This document shows positions 19,476-29,664 of a stretch of DNA of 64,000 nucleotides, piece after piece. The notes beneath the pieces were generated by a model. It was not told where the DNA came from. It did no database searches and was given only the letters and a program-made list of their open reading frames with translations. The stretch's first letter is position 1; the number at the start of each line of letters is the position of its first letter. The DNA comes from an uncultured Bacteroidales bacterium (lineage in GTDB: Bacteria; Bacteroidota; Bacteroidia; Bacteroidales; VadinHA17), in NCBI GenBank assembly GCA_963732365.1, contig CAVSZC010000005.1:543431-607430 (forward strand), written 5' to 3'. The position numbers and the translations under genes were made by a program.

Positions 19476-21815
19476 ATGAGGGATCAAAAACTCCGCAAAC
19501 ACATTATCTGGTTCTGGGTGATTATTTCTCTTCCCGTGGTTTTTTTAATCACTCTCTTTATTCTCATTTCTACCCAGAAGCTTGGTCCTCTTCCCTCTTT
19601 TGAAGAGCTTGAAAACCCTGCCAGCAACCTTGCCGCGGAGGTCTATTCGGAAGATAATGTACTGCTGGGGAAGTTTTACATCCAGAACCGGACATGGACG
19701 GACTACGAAGATATCTCACCTTACGTCATTGATGCCCTTATTGCGACTGAAGACATAAGGTTTTACAGGCACTCAGGCATCGATGTCAGGGGACTTGCGA
19801 GGGTGCTTGTAAAGACAATTATCCTCGGACAGAATACTGGCGGTGGCAGTACCATCACCCAGCAGCTGGCAAAGAACCTGTTCCTTCCGCGCGACCTTTC
19901 GAATGATCCGGCCATTGTGAGAGCGGTGAAGCTGGCCATTGCCAAATTCAAGGAGTGGCAGACAGCAGTGAAGCTTGAGAAGAGCTATACCAAGGAAGAG
20001 ATCATAACAATGTATCTGAACGTTTTTGACTTCATATACAATGGAGTGGGTATAAACTCGGCCGCGCGCATTTATTTCAACACGACACCTGACTCATTGA
20101 ACATAGAGCAATCGGCACTTCTGGTCGGGATGCTGAAGAATTCGGTTGCATACAATCCGCTGCGCAATTACGATGCTGCGTTTAACCGGCGCAATGTCGT
20201 CCTGGGGCAGATGGAGAGGTACGGGTATCTTCAGCGCGAAGTGGTTGACTCGGTCAGGAAGCTGGATATCGTTCTTGACCTTCGGGAGGACAGCCATAAT
20301 ACCGGTCTTGCCACCTATTTCAGGGAGTATATCCGCACAACCATGATCAAATATGAGCCGGAGCGAAACATGTTCTACTCTGATGATCAGTATAATGATG
20401 CTGTCTGGCAGTGGAACAATGATCCGCTTTACGGCTGGTGCAGGAAGAACAAGAAACCGGACGGGAATAACTACAATCTGTACCGTGACGGACTGAGGAT
20501 ATATACGACCATTAATTCAAAGATGCAGACCTATGCAGAGGAAGCTCTGGCAGAGCATCTCTCTGTTAACCTGCAGCCTGTCTTTAACAAGAAGGCAAAG
20601 ACCTACAGAAATCCACCCTACTCTAATGATCTCAATGTTACGGAGGTAAAACAGCTGATTGAGAGATCGGTCAGGCAGAGTGACAGATACCGTAATATGA
20701 AGTCTGCAGGTGTGCCGGAGGACTCTATTACCCTGTCATTCAATACGCCGATACCCATGAAGCTCTTCTCCTGGAGCGGAGAGCGCGATACCGTGATGAC
20801 TCCCCTTGATTCGGTAAAGTATTATAAGTTTTTCGTGAGGTCATCATTTATGGCCATGAATCCCCATACAGGGCATGTGAAGGCATATGTCGGAGGACCT
20901 GACTTCAGATATTTCAAATATGACGCTGTGACGCAGCAGAAGAAACAGGTAGGGTCGACCATCAAACCTTTCCTTTACACGCTGGCGATGCAGGATGGCT
21001 ATTCCCCCTGTTTTGAGGTTGAAAACATAGCCCGGTCGTTTGAAGTGGGAGATTCGGTATGGATCCCCCGCAGCTCAGGGCCTGAGGAATTTCACGGCAG
21101 GATGGTCACTCTGAAGTGGGGGCTTGCGCAGTCGGAAAATTACATATCTGCCTGGCTGATGAAACAGTTCTCCCCGATGGCAGTGACTGACCTCATGCAC
21201 CGTATGGGAGTCAGGAGTTATATTGATCCGGTCTTTTCCATTTTCCTGGGCACATCGGACCTCTCACTGGAGGAGATGGTGGGCGCCTACGGCACATTTG
21301 CCAACAAGGGGGTATATACCCGCCCTCTGTATGTGACACGTATCGAGGACCGCAACGGAAATGTCATTTCAACCTTTTTACCTTATATTGATGAGGTAAT
21401 AAGTGAAGAGGATGCCTTCCTCATGACAAGCCTGCTGCAGGGAGTTGTCAACGAAGGGACGGGGCTCAGGCTTCGCGGAACCTACAAGCTCAGGAACCAG
21501 ATGGGAGGCAAGACCGGTACGACACAGAACCATTCAAACGGATGGTATATGGGCGTATTGCCTGATCTTGTTGCAGGTGTATGGACAGGATGGGAGGACC
21601 AGGCCATTCATTTTGAGGATCTCTCTCTTGGCCAGGGGTCGAACATGGCACTGCCTGTGTTCGGGATTTTCCTGAATAAAGTCCTTGCCGATCCGGAGTT
21701 TGTTCCAATGGCGGAATCGTTCTTCGAGGCTCCGGCAAATTTCAATATTGTGCTTGACTGCGACCGGGCAGCAGGAAAAAATCAGAGGAGTCCGTACAGG
21801 CAGCAGTATTACTGA
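19476..21815 (+). CDS. mrcA: class A penicillin-binding protein (PBP1A; glycosyltransferase plus transpeptidase)
   Basis: N-terminal TM helix. GT51 motifs are present (ATEDIRFYRHSGID, GGSTITQQLAKN), as are the transpeptidase motifs SxxK (GSTIKP) and KTGT (GGKTGTT). Confidence 0.9.
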   Translation: MRDQKLRKHIIWFWVIISLPVVFLITLFILISTQKLGPLPSFEELENPASNLAAEVYSEDNVLLGKFYIQNRTWTDYEDISPYVIDALIATEDIRFYRHSGIDVRGLARVLVKTIILGQNTGGGSTITQQLAKNLFLPRDLSNDPAIVRAVKLAIAKFKEWQTAVKLEKSYTKEEIITMYLNVFDFIYNGVGINSAARIYFNTTPDSLNIEQSALLVGMLKNSVAYNPLRNYDAAFNRRNVVLGQMERYGYLQREVVDSVRKLDIVLDLREDSHNTGLATYFREYIRTTMIKYEPERNMFYSDDQYNDAVWQWNNDPLYGWCRKNKKPDGNNYNLYRDGLRIYTTINSKMQTYAEEALAEHLSVNLQPVFNKKAKTYRNPPYSNDLNVTEVKQLIERSVRQSDRYRNMKSAGVPEDSITLSFNTPIPMKLFSWSGERDTVMTPLDSVKYYKFFVRSSFMAMNPHTGHVKAYVGGPDFRYFKYDAVTQQKKQVGSTIKPFLYTLAMQDGYSPCFEVENIARSFEVGDSVWIPRSSGPEEFHGRMVTLKWGLAQSENYISAWLMKQFSPMAVTDLMHRMGVRSYIDPVFSIFLGTSDLSLEEMVGAYGTFANKGVYTRPLYVTRIEDRNGNVISTFLPYIDEVISEEDAFLMTSLLQGVVNEGTGLRLRGTYKLRNQMGGKTGTTQNHSNGWYMGVLPDLVAGVWTGWEDQAIHFEDLSLGQGSNMALPVFGIFLNKVLADPEFVPMAESFFEAPANFNIVLDCDRAAGKNQRSPYRQQYY

Positions 21816-23168
21816 TCAGGAGAATAATAACCTCACCAGCCCCTCTATTTTCACTACAGACCTGATCTTGAGTCCGTTCTGCTCTTTTACGTTACGGTGA
21901 TAGCCTGATATTACTATCTGTTCGAATCCCATCCTTGAAGCTTCAAGTATTCGTTGTTCAACCCTGGCGACGGGCCGTATCTCACCCGAAAGCCCCACTT
22001 CGCCCGCAAATGCAGTATGATGTCCCACCGGAGAGTCAAGGTTTGATGAGAGGACCGAGCTCACCACTGCAAGGTCGATGGCCGGATCGCTTACCTTAAT
22101 GCCTCCTGCAATGTTCAGAAAGACATCCTTCACTGCCAGCCTGAATCCCGCTCTCTTTTCCAGCACTGCCAGCAGCATATTGAGTCTTCTTGTGTCAAAC
22201 CCTGTCGAGCTTCGCTGGGGAGTGCCGTAGACCGCGCTGCTAACCAGTGCCTGTGTCTCGATCATGAAAGGTCTGAGGCCGTCGACGGTAGCGGCAATAG
22301 AGACTCCGCTGGCAGGTTCGCGGTCACGCCTGATGAACAGCTCCGAAGGGTTCGTCACCTCGCGCAGCCCGTCGCCGGCCATCTCAAATATGCCTATCTC
22401 AGCCGTTGACCCGAAGCGGTTTTTCACCGGCCGCAGTATACGGAAGACATAATTGCCGTCTCCCTCAAACTGCAGGACCACGTCAACGATATGTTCGAGC
22501 ACCTTGGGGCCGGCGAGTGATCCGTCCTTGGTTATGTGTCCTATAAGTATCACCGGCACACCTGTCTCTTTGGCATAGCGCAGCATCATGGCGGCGCACT
22601 CTCTTACCTGTGACACTGACCCTGCTGAAGACTCAAGCAATGTCGACCTGAGGGTCTGTATGGAGTCTATTATAAGCAGGTGCGGATTGATCATCCCTGC
22701 CTGTGTTATGACATTCTCGAGCTCGGTCTCGTTATATATGAAGCACTGGTCATTCTCTCCCGGCAGCCTTCCGGCTCTCAGTTTGACCTGTCCTTCGCTC
22801 TCCTCTCCCGATACGTACAGTACCCGTCTCTCTCTGCATGCCAGAGCCAGCTGGAGAGCAAGGGTTGATTTTCCGATGCCCGGTTCCCCTCCCATAAGTA
22901 TAAGGGACCCCCTGACCATTCCTCCCCCGAGCAGACGGTCCATTTCACTTATGCCCGTCGTTATCCGGTCACTGTCACTCACCTCTATTCCTGAGAGCAG
23001 CTCCGGCTTTCGTCGCGGAGCATCGGATAAGGATGTGACAGTTGATGAAGGAGTTATGATCTCTTCACGGTAAGTATTCCATTCCTTGCATGCGGGGCAG
23101 TGTCCTATCCACTTCGGTGACTCCGCACCACAGTTCTGACATACATAAACAGTCTTGTTTTTTGCCAT
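21816..23168 (-). CDS. radA: DNA repair protein RadA/Sms
   Basis: N-terminal zinc finger (CQNCGAESPKWIGHCPACKEW), Walker A GEPGIGKST, KNRFG motif, Lon-like C-terminal domain. Confidence 0.95.
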   Translation of the reverse strand: MAKNKTVYVCQNCGAESPKWIGHCPACKEWNTYREEIITPSSTVTSLSDAPRRKPELLSGIEVSDSDRITTGISEMDRLLGGGMVRGSLILMGGEPGIGKSTLALQLALACRERRVLYVSGEESEGQVKLRAGRLPGENDQCFIYNETELENVITQAGMINPHLLIIDSIQTLRSTLLESSAGSVSQVRECAAMMLRYAKETGVPVILIGHITKDGSLAGPKVLEHIVDVVLQFEGDGNYVFRILRPVKNRFGSTAEIGIFEMAGDGLREVTNPSELFIRRDREPASGVSIAATVDGLRPFMIETQALVSSAVYGTPQRSSTGFDTRRLNMLLAVLEKRAGFRLAVKDVFLNIAGGIKVSDPAIDLAVVSSVLSSNLDSPVGHHTAFAGEVGLSGEIRPVARVEQRILEASRMGFEQIVISGYHRNVKEQNGLKIRSVVKIEGLVRLLFS

Positions 23169-23212
23169 CAGGAAGAGGTTGTGTAAGGGACAAATTTAGT
23201 AAATGTATGGCA

Positions 23213-24250
23213 TCAGATAACTTTCTCAGGCGAGGGGGAAGATAAAATATGCCCGCTCTGTTTTCCGAAGAGAATAAACATGGATATTGCACCTATGACT
23301 GCAATCACAAGCAGCTGTGACTCATGCGAAAGTGTTGCATATGCAAGTCCTTCTTCAAGCGGAATGCCGTATATCACGAGGAGGCCCCGCGATACTATCC
23401 AGTGGAAGGCTCCCATTCCGCTCTGTACCGGAACGGCCATTCCGAAGCTGCCTACGACAAGGATGAACATTGCTCCGCTAAGCCCGAGACCGGACGTTGA
23501 TTCAAGACATAGCAGAGGAAGGTATGCCATAAACAGATATGAAATCCAGAGAAGTATGGTCAGTAAAATAAATTCCCACTTCCTTTTAAGCGATGCAATT
23601 GATTTCAGCCCCTCGATGATACCGTCAAAAAATATGTATAGTTTCCTGAAAAACGGTTTGCCTGATAGCCGTTGCCTGAGCGAAAAATATAGATAAACGC
23701 CAAGGACTCCGAGAGCAATTATCACCACATACAGGATAGAGGAGGAACCGACAAGAACGGATAATTTCTCATTTGCCGGGTCAATAACATTTTCAGAAAG
23801 GAACCTTCCTGTCGTTTTGCTTCCGGCGATGATTGTAAAGCCAAGCAGGACCAGGACAGTAAGGACATCGATTGTCCGTTCTATTATGACTGTGCCCACC
23901 AGTTTGTCAAATGGAAGTTTCTCTTTCCTCCCCAGGGCGGCGCACCGTGTCACCTCTCCCAGCCTTGGAAAGATCAGGTTGGCGAAATAGCCTGTGACCA
24001 GTGAGTGGTAAGTATTCATCAGGGCCGGTTTATAGCCCAGGGGTTCAATCAGAAGAGTCCACCGCCGTGCCCTGATGAACAGGGCGATTATCGAAACGGC
24101 AGATGAGAGCAGCAGCCATCCGTATTCGGCATCACCGAGCGTCGCGCCCAGCTTTTTGAGGTCAATGCCCCTGAAGGAGATCCATAAAAGGACAATCCCC
24201 AGAATAAGGAACAGAATAATCCTTGCGGAATTCTTCAGACCGCTCTTCAA
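23213..24250 (-). CDS. polytopic membrane protein, UPF0104 / lysyl-phosphatidylglycerol-synthase TM-region-like (flippase-like)
   Basis: 345-aa protein with about 8 TM helices. Its start is 2 nt after the panD stop. The family assignment is from overall resemblance only. Confidence 0.5.
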   Translation of the reverse strand: MKSGLKNSARIILFLILGIVLLWISFRGIDLKKLGATLGDAEYGWLLLSSAVSIIALFIRARRWTLLIEPLGYKPALMNTYHSLVTGYFANLIFPRLGEVTRCAALGRKEKLPFDKLVGTVIIERTIDVLTVLVLLGFTIIAGSKTTGRFLSENVIDPANEKLSVLVGSSSILYVVIIALGVLGVYLYFSLRQRLSGKPFFRKLYIFFDGIIEGLKSIASLKRKWEFILLTILLWISYLFMAYLPLLCLESTSGLGLSGAMFILVVGSFGMAVPVQSGMGAFHWIVSRGLLVIYGIPLEEGLAYATLSHESQLLVIAVIGAISMFILFGKQSGHILSSPSPEKVI

Positions 24251-24252
24251 TG

Positions 24253-24603
24253 TCAGATGAGTTTATTGGTGGCTGTATCGGGGATTATTATCCGGGGCCT
24301 GAACTTCTTAGCCTCTTCAAAGTCGATCATCGCGTATGACATTATGATAACGACATCGCCTACTGAGGTTTTGCGTGCTGCAGGACCGTTCAGGCAGATT
24401 TCTCCTGACCCTCTCCTTCCCTTTATCACATATGTCACGAGTCTGCCGCCAGTAGTTTTGTTCAGGACATGAACTTTCTCATTCTCAATTAGATTAGCGG
24501 CATCCATGAGATCTTCATCAATCGTCACGCTTCCAACATAATTAAGGTTGGCATCTGTGACAGTGACATTATGAATTTTCGATTTGACTACTTCTATCAT
24601 CAT
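24253..24603 (-). CDS. panD: aspartate 1-decarboxylase
   Basis: 116 aa. The conserved self-processing region is present ([27 protein letters not shown]). Confidence 0.95.
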   Translation of the reverse strand: MMIEVVKSKIHNVTVTDANLNYVGSVTIDEDLMDAANLIENEKVHVLNKTTGGRLVTYVIKGRRGSGEICLNGPAARKTSVGDVVIIMSYAMIDFEEAKKFRPRIIIPDTATNKLI

Positions 24604-24654
24604 AGCATGTCAGGAGCGATCTTTAAAACAGTACAAAGATAAACAACCTTTTGT

Positions 24655-25512
24655 TCAGCGCAATGAAATCCTGATATTGTCAATCAGTCTTATATCGCCG
24701 GCGAACAGGGCAATACAGGCATAGTAGTTCCTGTCGTCTGCCATCTCTCTCTTTTTCTTCAGGGGGGTGAGGCTTACGTCATCTGCAATCTCAAAGTATT
24801 CAAGCCTGAACCCGGGAATTTCTGAGATACGTTTATTTACATAGGTCTTCAACTCGTCTATCTCCTTCTTACGGGCTAACCTCACGACGTTCTTCAGCGT
24901 TTTGAATATCTCTCCCCCTTTTTCACGGTGCTCAGGCAGCAAGCGTCTGTTCCGGCTGCTCATGGCCAGACCGTCGTGCTCTCTTTGTATGGGGCAGGCT
25001 ACTATCATGATACCGGGGTAGTTTCGTTTTGCAAGATCCCTTATTATTGTCAGTTGCTGGAAATCCTTCTGACCAAAATAGGCAGCTGAAGGTTTTATGA
25101 TATCAAATAGCCTTGAGACGACCTGCGCAACACCGTTGAAGTGTCCGGGTCTGTGCAGTCCCTCCATCACCTTGTCGAGGGTACCGAAATCAAATATTCT
25201 GGTATCGGGGCCGGGATATATCTCTTCCGGCGGGGGCATGAAGACAAAGTCATCATCGCGCATGACCCCGGAGAGCATTGACAGGTCCTCCTCAGGGGTG
25301 CGCGGGTATTTCTTCAGATCTTCCGGGTCATTGAACTGTGTCGGGTTGACGAAGATGCTCACTGCCACCACCGGGCATTTCTTGATGGCAGACCTGACAA
25401 GAGAGAGATGGCCTTCGTGCAGCGCTCCCATAGTAGGTACGAAACCCGGAGCCTCGCACCCGCATTTTTCATAATGTCCGGCGACCTGCCGGGCAGTGGT
25501 GAAAACTTTCAT
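24655..25512 (-). CDS. panC: pantoate--beta-alanine ligase
   Basis: PTMGALHEGHLSL (HIGH-like) motif, and FGQKDFQQ. Typical length of 285 aa. Confidence 0.95.
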   Translation of the reverse strand: MKVFTTARQVAGHYEKCGCEAPGFVPTMGALHEGHLSLVRSAIKKCPVVAVSIFVNPTQFNDPEDLKKYPRTPEEDLSMLSGVMRDDDFVFMPPPEEIYPGPDTRIFDFGTLDKVMEGLHRPGHFNGVAQVVSRLFDIIKPSAAYFGQKDFQQLTIIRDLAKRNYPGIMIVACPIQREHDGLAMSSRNRRLLPEHREKGGEIFKTLKNVVRLARKKEIDELKTYVNKRISEIPGFRLEYFEIADDVSLTPLKKKREMADDRNYYACIALFAGDIRLIDNIRISLR

Positions 25513-25651
25513 TTTACCTGATTTTATTACCGGGATAACGAATTTACTTCAATGAAAATTCTACTGTGCTGGTCTTATCAGATACAAATAAACACCATTT
25601 TGTCAGTAACATGCCGTCTAAGGGCTTGGAAAATAATTGTATTTTTTTTAT

Positions 25652-25659
25652 TATCTTTG
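25652..25659 (+). promoter_or_regulatory. Bacteroidota-type -7 box (TATCTTTG)
   Basis: TAnnTTTG match about 36 nt upstream of the ATG at 25696. Confidence 0.4.
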
Positions 25660-25695
25660 CACTTTGTATAAAAACAGGTACATCGGGAGGTTTTA

Positions 25696-26517
25696 ATGGA
25701 AAGCAAGAGGGTATTGTTTGTTTCACAGGAGATCATGCCCTATCTCGGTGAGACAAGGCTTTCAAAGATCAGCCGTGATCTGCCGCAAGGCATACAGGAA
25801 AGGGGGAAGGAAATCCGGACATTCATGCCCCGTTACGGCTCGATCAATGAGAGACGCAACCAGCTCCATGAAGTCATACGCCTTTCAGGCATGAACCTGA
25901 TCATTGACGACACTGATCATCCGCTCATCATAAAGGTAGCATCCATACAGTCTGCACGCATGCAGGTCTATTTCATTGACAATGACGATTACTTCCAGCG
26001 AAAGCACACTGTGGCTGACGCAGCAGGCAATGAGTATGAAGACAATGACGAAAGGGCCATGTTCTTTGCACGGGGGGTGATAGAAACCGTGCGAAAGCTC
26101 AGATGGAGCCCTGATATAGTGCATTGCCATGGCTGGATGACTTCGCTGGTTCCTCTCTATCTGCGGACACTTTATTCAGACGATCCGGTTTTCAGTAAGA
26201 TCAAAACCATATATTCTGTTTACAATAACGGGTTTAAAAAACCGTTAAAATCTTCCTTGCCCGACAAACTGGCGGCCGACGGAATTGAAAAAGGGGCGCT
26301 GAAGCCAATAAGTAAGAATACTGACTTCCTGAGCCTTACACAGCTGGCCACTGACAACTCTGACGGCATTATTATCGGATGTGATAAAATTGATGAAATG
26401 GTCAGAAAACATCTCGCCGGGTTGGACAAGCCTCTCCTTGATTACAAGGGAGATGAGAATTATATTGATGCATACAATGATTTTTATGACAAGCTTCTAC
26501 AGGACAGTAAAAAATAG
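25696..26517 (+). CDS. half-size GT5 (glycogen/starch synthase N-terminal domain-like) protein lacking the KTGGL motif
   Basis: 273 aa. Its start aligns with GlgA (VLFVSQEIMPYLGETRLSKISRDLPQGIQERGKEIRTFMPRYG), but KTGGL is replaced by GETRL. The whole C-terminal Rossmann domain is absent. Confidence 0.7.
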   Translation: MESKRVLFVSQEIMPYLGETRLSKISRDLPQGIQERGKEIRTFMPRYGSINERRNQLHEVIRLSGMNLIIDDTDHPLIIKVASIQSARMQVYFIDNDDYFQRKHTVADAAGNEYEDNDERAMFFARGVIETVRKLRWSPDIVHCHGWMTSLVPLYLRTLYSDDPVFSKIKTIYSVYNNGFKKPLKSSLPDKLAADGIEKGALKPISKNTDFLSLTQLATDNSDGIIIGCDKIDEMVRKHLAGLDKPLLDYKGDENYIDAYNDFYDKLLQDSKK

Positions 26518-27784
26518 TGCACAGCAGGGTCTGGGAATCAGACTGACGCATACCATCATATCTTTCTTCGCTCTAACGGCTTTTCTTCTATCCTCCTGTT
26601 CCGATGATCCCACGAAAATTGGTATTGAACTTTTGCCTGAAGAAGACTTCATAGGTATAGTTTCAACAGACACCATCAGCATTAAGGCATATACCATGTA
26701 TGATGAGAGCTCTGTCACAACCAACAGTTCAGAATTGACTGCCGGCGGCATCAGGGATAGTTATTTCGGAACTACCACCTGCGAGTTTGTCACTCAGCTC
26801 CGGCTTATAACGCCATGGAACGACTATGTATATACAGTTGATTCGATCTTCTTTCGTTTTCTGGCCTCAGGCATTGACGGTGACACGGCGGGAGTACATT
26901 ATCTAAGGCTTTATGAGACAGGAACACTTCTGCGTGATACTGTGGAGTACTATTCAAATCAGAACCCCGATACGATCAAGTTCCTGGGCGAGTACCTTCT
27001 TCCTCCGCTCAAGGCCGATTCATCCTACAGCATCAGGCTTGAAAACTGGGTTGCAGAATACCTGCTGAGAGATACGAGCATGTTTCTTCCTGCCACGCAA
27101 TTTTATACCGAATATTTCAAGGGTCTTTACGTAGGTGTGAGGAGTGAAGCTGATCCGGTACTCATCAGCATGACCGCGGCAGACAGTCCGATGGCTCTGA
27201 CCATTCACTTCCATGACACCTCCGATGCAAAATATACATATTCATTTGTTGCGACGGAAAGAGCCGTCAACTATAACCTGTACGATCATGACTTTACCAC
27301 TGCCGACCCTGAAAAGCAGATAAAGCATGTCAATGATCTTGTAACTGACACTGTAGTCTATTTACAGAGCCTTGACGGTGTTTATACAAGACTTGATCTG
27401 CCGTCGCTGGCTGACTTCAAGTCGGAGGAGCGTATCGCAGTGAATGAGGCAAGACTTTACGTGCCCGCCTTCCTTGACGGGGAGACATATGTCGATAGCC
27501 TTATGCCTCCTAGGATATGGCTCAGATACCGTGACAGCGCCGGTAAACTGGTTCCCGTCCCTGATCTCGTTCATGATCCCGGTTTTCTGGATGGTACTTA
27601 TTATAGATTGAAAGACTACTACATTTTTAACATCCCGACTTTTATCCAGGAATACCTGGAGGGAGAGATAGACAATCCCTCGGTTGAGATGTATTACCCT
27701 TCAACATTTGAAAGGAATGCGATATTCAGGGCTAACGGGAACAACCCCACCGTCAGGCTTGAGTTCTCATACTCGATCTACTGA
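26486..27784 (+). CDS. DUF4270-like lipoprotein
   Basis: The preferred start is the ATG at 26486 (MTSFYRTVKN...). This gives a signal peptide with lipobox FLLSSC. It overlaps the upstream gene by 32 nt. The family name is recalled from typical Bacteroidota synteny downstream of the short GT5 gene. Confidence 0.55.
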   Translation: MTSFYRTVKNSAQQGLGIRLTHTIISFFALTAFLLSSCSDDPTKIGIELLPEEDFIGIVSTDTISIKAYTMYDESSVTTNSSELTAGGIRDSYFGTTTCEFVTQLRLITPWNDYVYTVDSIFFRFLASGIDGDTAGVHYLRLYETGTLLRDTVEYYSNQNPDTIKFLGEYLLPPLKADSSYSIRLENWVAEYLLRDTSMFLPATQFYTEYFKGLYVGVRSEADPVLISMTAADSPMALTIHFHDTSDAKYTYSFVATERAVNYNLYDHDFTTADPEKQIKHVNDLVTDTVVYLQSLDGVYTRLDLPSLADFKSEERIAVNEARLYVPAFLDGETYVDSLMPPRIWLRYRDSAGKLVPVPDLVHDPGFLDGTYYRLKDYYIFNIPTFIQEYLEGEIDNPSVEMYYPSTFERNAIFRANGNNPTVRLEFSYSIY

Positions 27785-27810
27785 TAATTAATCTTTAACA
27801 GAGGGTTATT

Positions 27811-29649
27811 ATGTGCGGAATAGTAGGCTACATAGGGTCGAGGCCCGCCCTCGGCATTGTACTCAACGGACTCAAGAGGCTTGAATACAGGGGATATGAC
27901 TCTGCAGGCATCGCCATCAATGATGGTGAGAAGACCCAGATCTTCAAGTGTGCAGGAAGGGTTCGCGACCTTGAAGAGATGGTCAACGGCAAGGATGTCA
28001 GCGGCACTATTGCCATGGGACATACCCGGTGGGCTACACACGGCGAACCAAATGAGATTAATGCGCATCCGCAGGTTTCGTACCGGGGTCATTTTATCGT
28101 TGTTCACAACGGCATAATTGAGAATTATGCCCGTATCAAGCGTCATCTTGAAGGGAGGGATGTGAGGTTCACAAGCCAGACTGACACAGAAGTCCTGGCC
28201 AATCTCATGGAACACCTCTATCTGGAAGGAGACCTGTCAGCTGAACAGGCTATAATCATGGCTCTCAACAAGGTTGAAGGCACATACGGGATTGCAGTCT
28301 TCTGCCGCGATGAGCCGGGCAGGATGTTTGCTGCCAGGCAAGGCTCTCCCCTTGTGATAGGTGTTGGCGAAGGTGAAAACTTCATCGCCTCCGATGCTAC
28401 TCCCATTGTTGAGCACACCCAGCGGGTCATTTATCTCAATGATGATGATCTGGCAGTGATCAGCAAGGATGAGATGGTGCTGAAGGCCATAAAGAATAAG
28501 CCCTTCGAGCCTGATGTTAAAAAGGTTGATCTAAAGATCGGAGAGATTGACAAGGAGGGCTATCCGCATTTCATGCTCAAGGAGATCTTCGAACAACCCC
28601 GTGCAATACACGACACTTTCAGGGGCAGGGTGTTGCCGAACAAGGCAGGGCTGATGCTCGGAGGGCTGCATAATGTCTTTGACACCATGGCTTCGGCAGA
28701 CAGGATCCTCATTGTGGCATGCGGCACATCATGGCATGCCGGGCTGGTAGGTGAATATATCCTTGAAGAGTATTGCCGCATCCCCGTAGAGGTTGAGTAT
28801 GCCTCCGAGTTCAGATACCGTGACCCTGTTATAAAGAAGGGAGACATAGTGCTTGCCATCAGTCAGAGCGGAGAGACGGCAGACACGCTGGCGGCCATCA
28901 AACTAGCCAAGGAGCGGGGTGCTATGGTGCTGGGTATCTGCAATGTTGTAGGATCATCCATATCGCGCGAGACAAATGCCGGTGTCTTCACTCATGCCGG
29001 GCCCGAGATAGGCGTTGCGTCAACGAAGGCTTTCACGACACAGGTGGTTACCCTTGCGATGATCGCCTTTGAAATGGGTTACCGCAAGGGCTTGCTTGAT
29101 GAGACCCGTTACCGAAGCCTCATCGACGAGCTGGTCTCGCTGCCTGAAAAGATTGAGAAAACCCTGAAGGTCAATGACCAGGCTCTGGCCCTGGCAAAAA
29201 TATACAAGGATTCAACTAATGCGCTTTACCTGGGAAGAGGGCTGCTCTATCCCGTAGCTCTTGAGGGAGCGCTTAAACTCAAGGAGATATCATACATTCA
29301 TGCGGAAGGTTATCCTGCCGCCGAGATGAAGCACGGCCCTATCGCACTGATAGATGAGCATATGCCGGTTGTGGTGGTTGCCACAAGGGAGAACTCATAT
29401 GACAAGATTGTAAGTAACATACAGGAGGTCAAGGCACGCAAGGGAATCGTGATAGCAGTCGTGACTGAGGGAGACCAGGTCATCAGCAAAATGGCTGACT
29501 ACGTTATGGAGGTGCCTGAGACAATATCAGTATTTGCTCCGGTACTGGCCGTTATCCCGCTGCAGCTTTTCTCTTATCATATTGCCGTTTTGCGAGGATG
29601 TAATGTTGATCAGCCGCGCAACCTGGCAAAATCAGTTACAGTTGAATGA
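27811..29649 (+). CDS. glmS: glutamine--fructose-6-phosphate aminotransferase
   Basis: N-terminal nucleophile MCGIVGYIG, two SIS domains, and the C-terminal ...NLAKSVTVE typical of GlmS. Confidence 0.97.
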   Translation: MCGIVGYIGSRPALGIVLNGLKRLEYRGYDSAGIAINDGEKTQIFKCAGRVRDLEEMVNGKDVSGTIAMGHTRWATHGEPNEINAHPQVSYRGHFIVVHNGIIENYARIKRHLEGRDVRFTSQTDTEVLANLMEHLYLEGDLSAEQAIIMALNKVEGTYGIAVFCRDEPGRMFAARQGSPLVIGVGEGENFIASDATPIVEHTQRVIYLNDDDLAVISKDEMVLKAIKNKPFEPDVKKVDLKIGEIDKEGYPHFMLKEIFEQPRAIHDTFRGRVLPNKAGLMLGGLHNVFDTMASADRILIVACGTSWHAGLVGEYILEEYCRIPVEVEYASEFRYRDPVIKKGDIVLAISQSGETADTLAAIKLAKERGAMVLGICNVVGSSISRETNAGVFTHAGPEIGVASTKAFTTQVVTLAMIAFEMGYRKGLLDETRYRSLIDELVSLPEKIEKTLKVNDQALALAKIYKDSTNALYLGRGLLYPVALEGALKLKEISYIHAEGYPAAEMKHGPIALIDEHMPVVVVATRENSYDKIVSNIQEVKARKGIVIAVVTEGDQVISKMADYVMEVPETISVFAPVLAVIPLQLFSYHIAVLRGCNVDQPRNLAKSVTVE

Positions 29650-29664
29650 TAATACCAGAGTAAT

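Noticed and set aside
26381-26485. The ORF-track start at 26381 for the DUF4270-like gene would overlap the GT5-like gene by 137 nt.
   Set aside because: The internal ATG at 26486 gives a normal signal peptide and lipobox, and a much shorter overlap. The upstream extension has no signal-peptide character.
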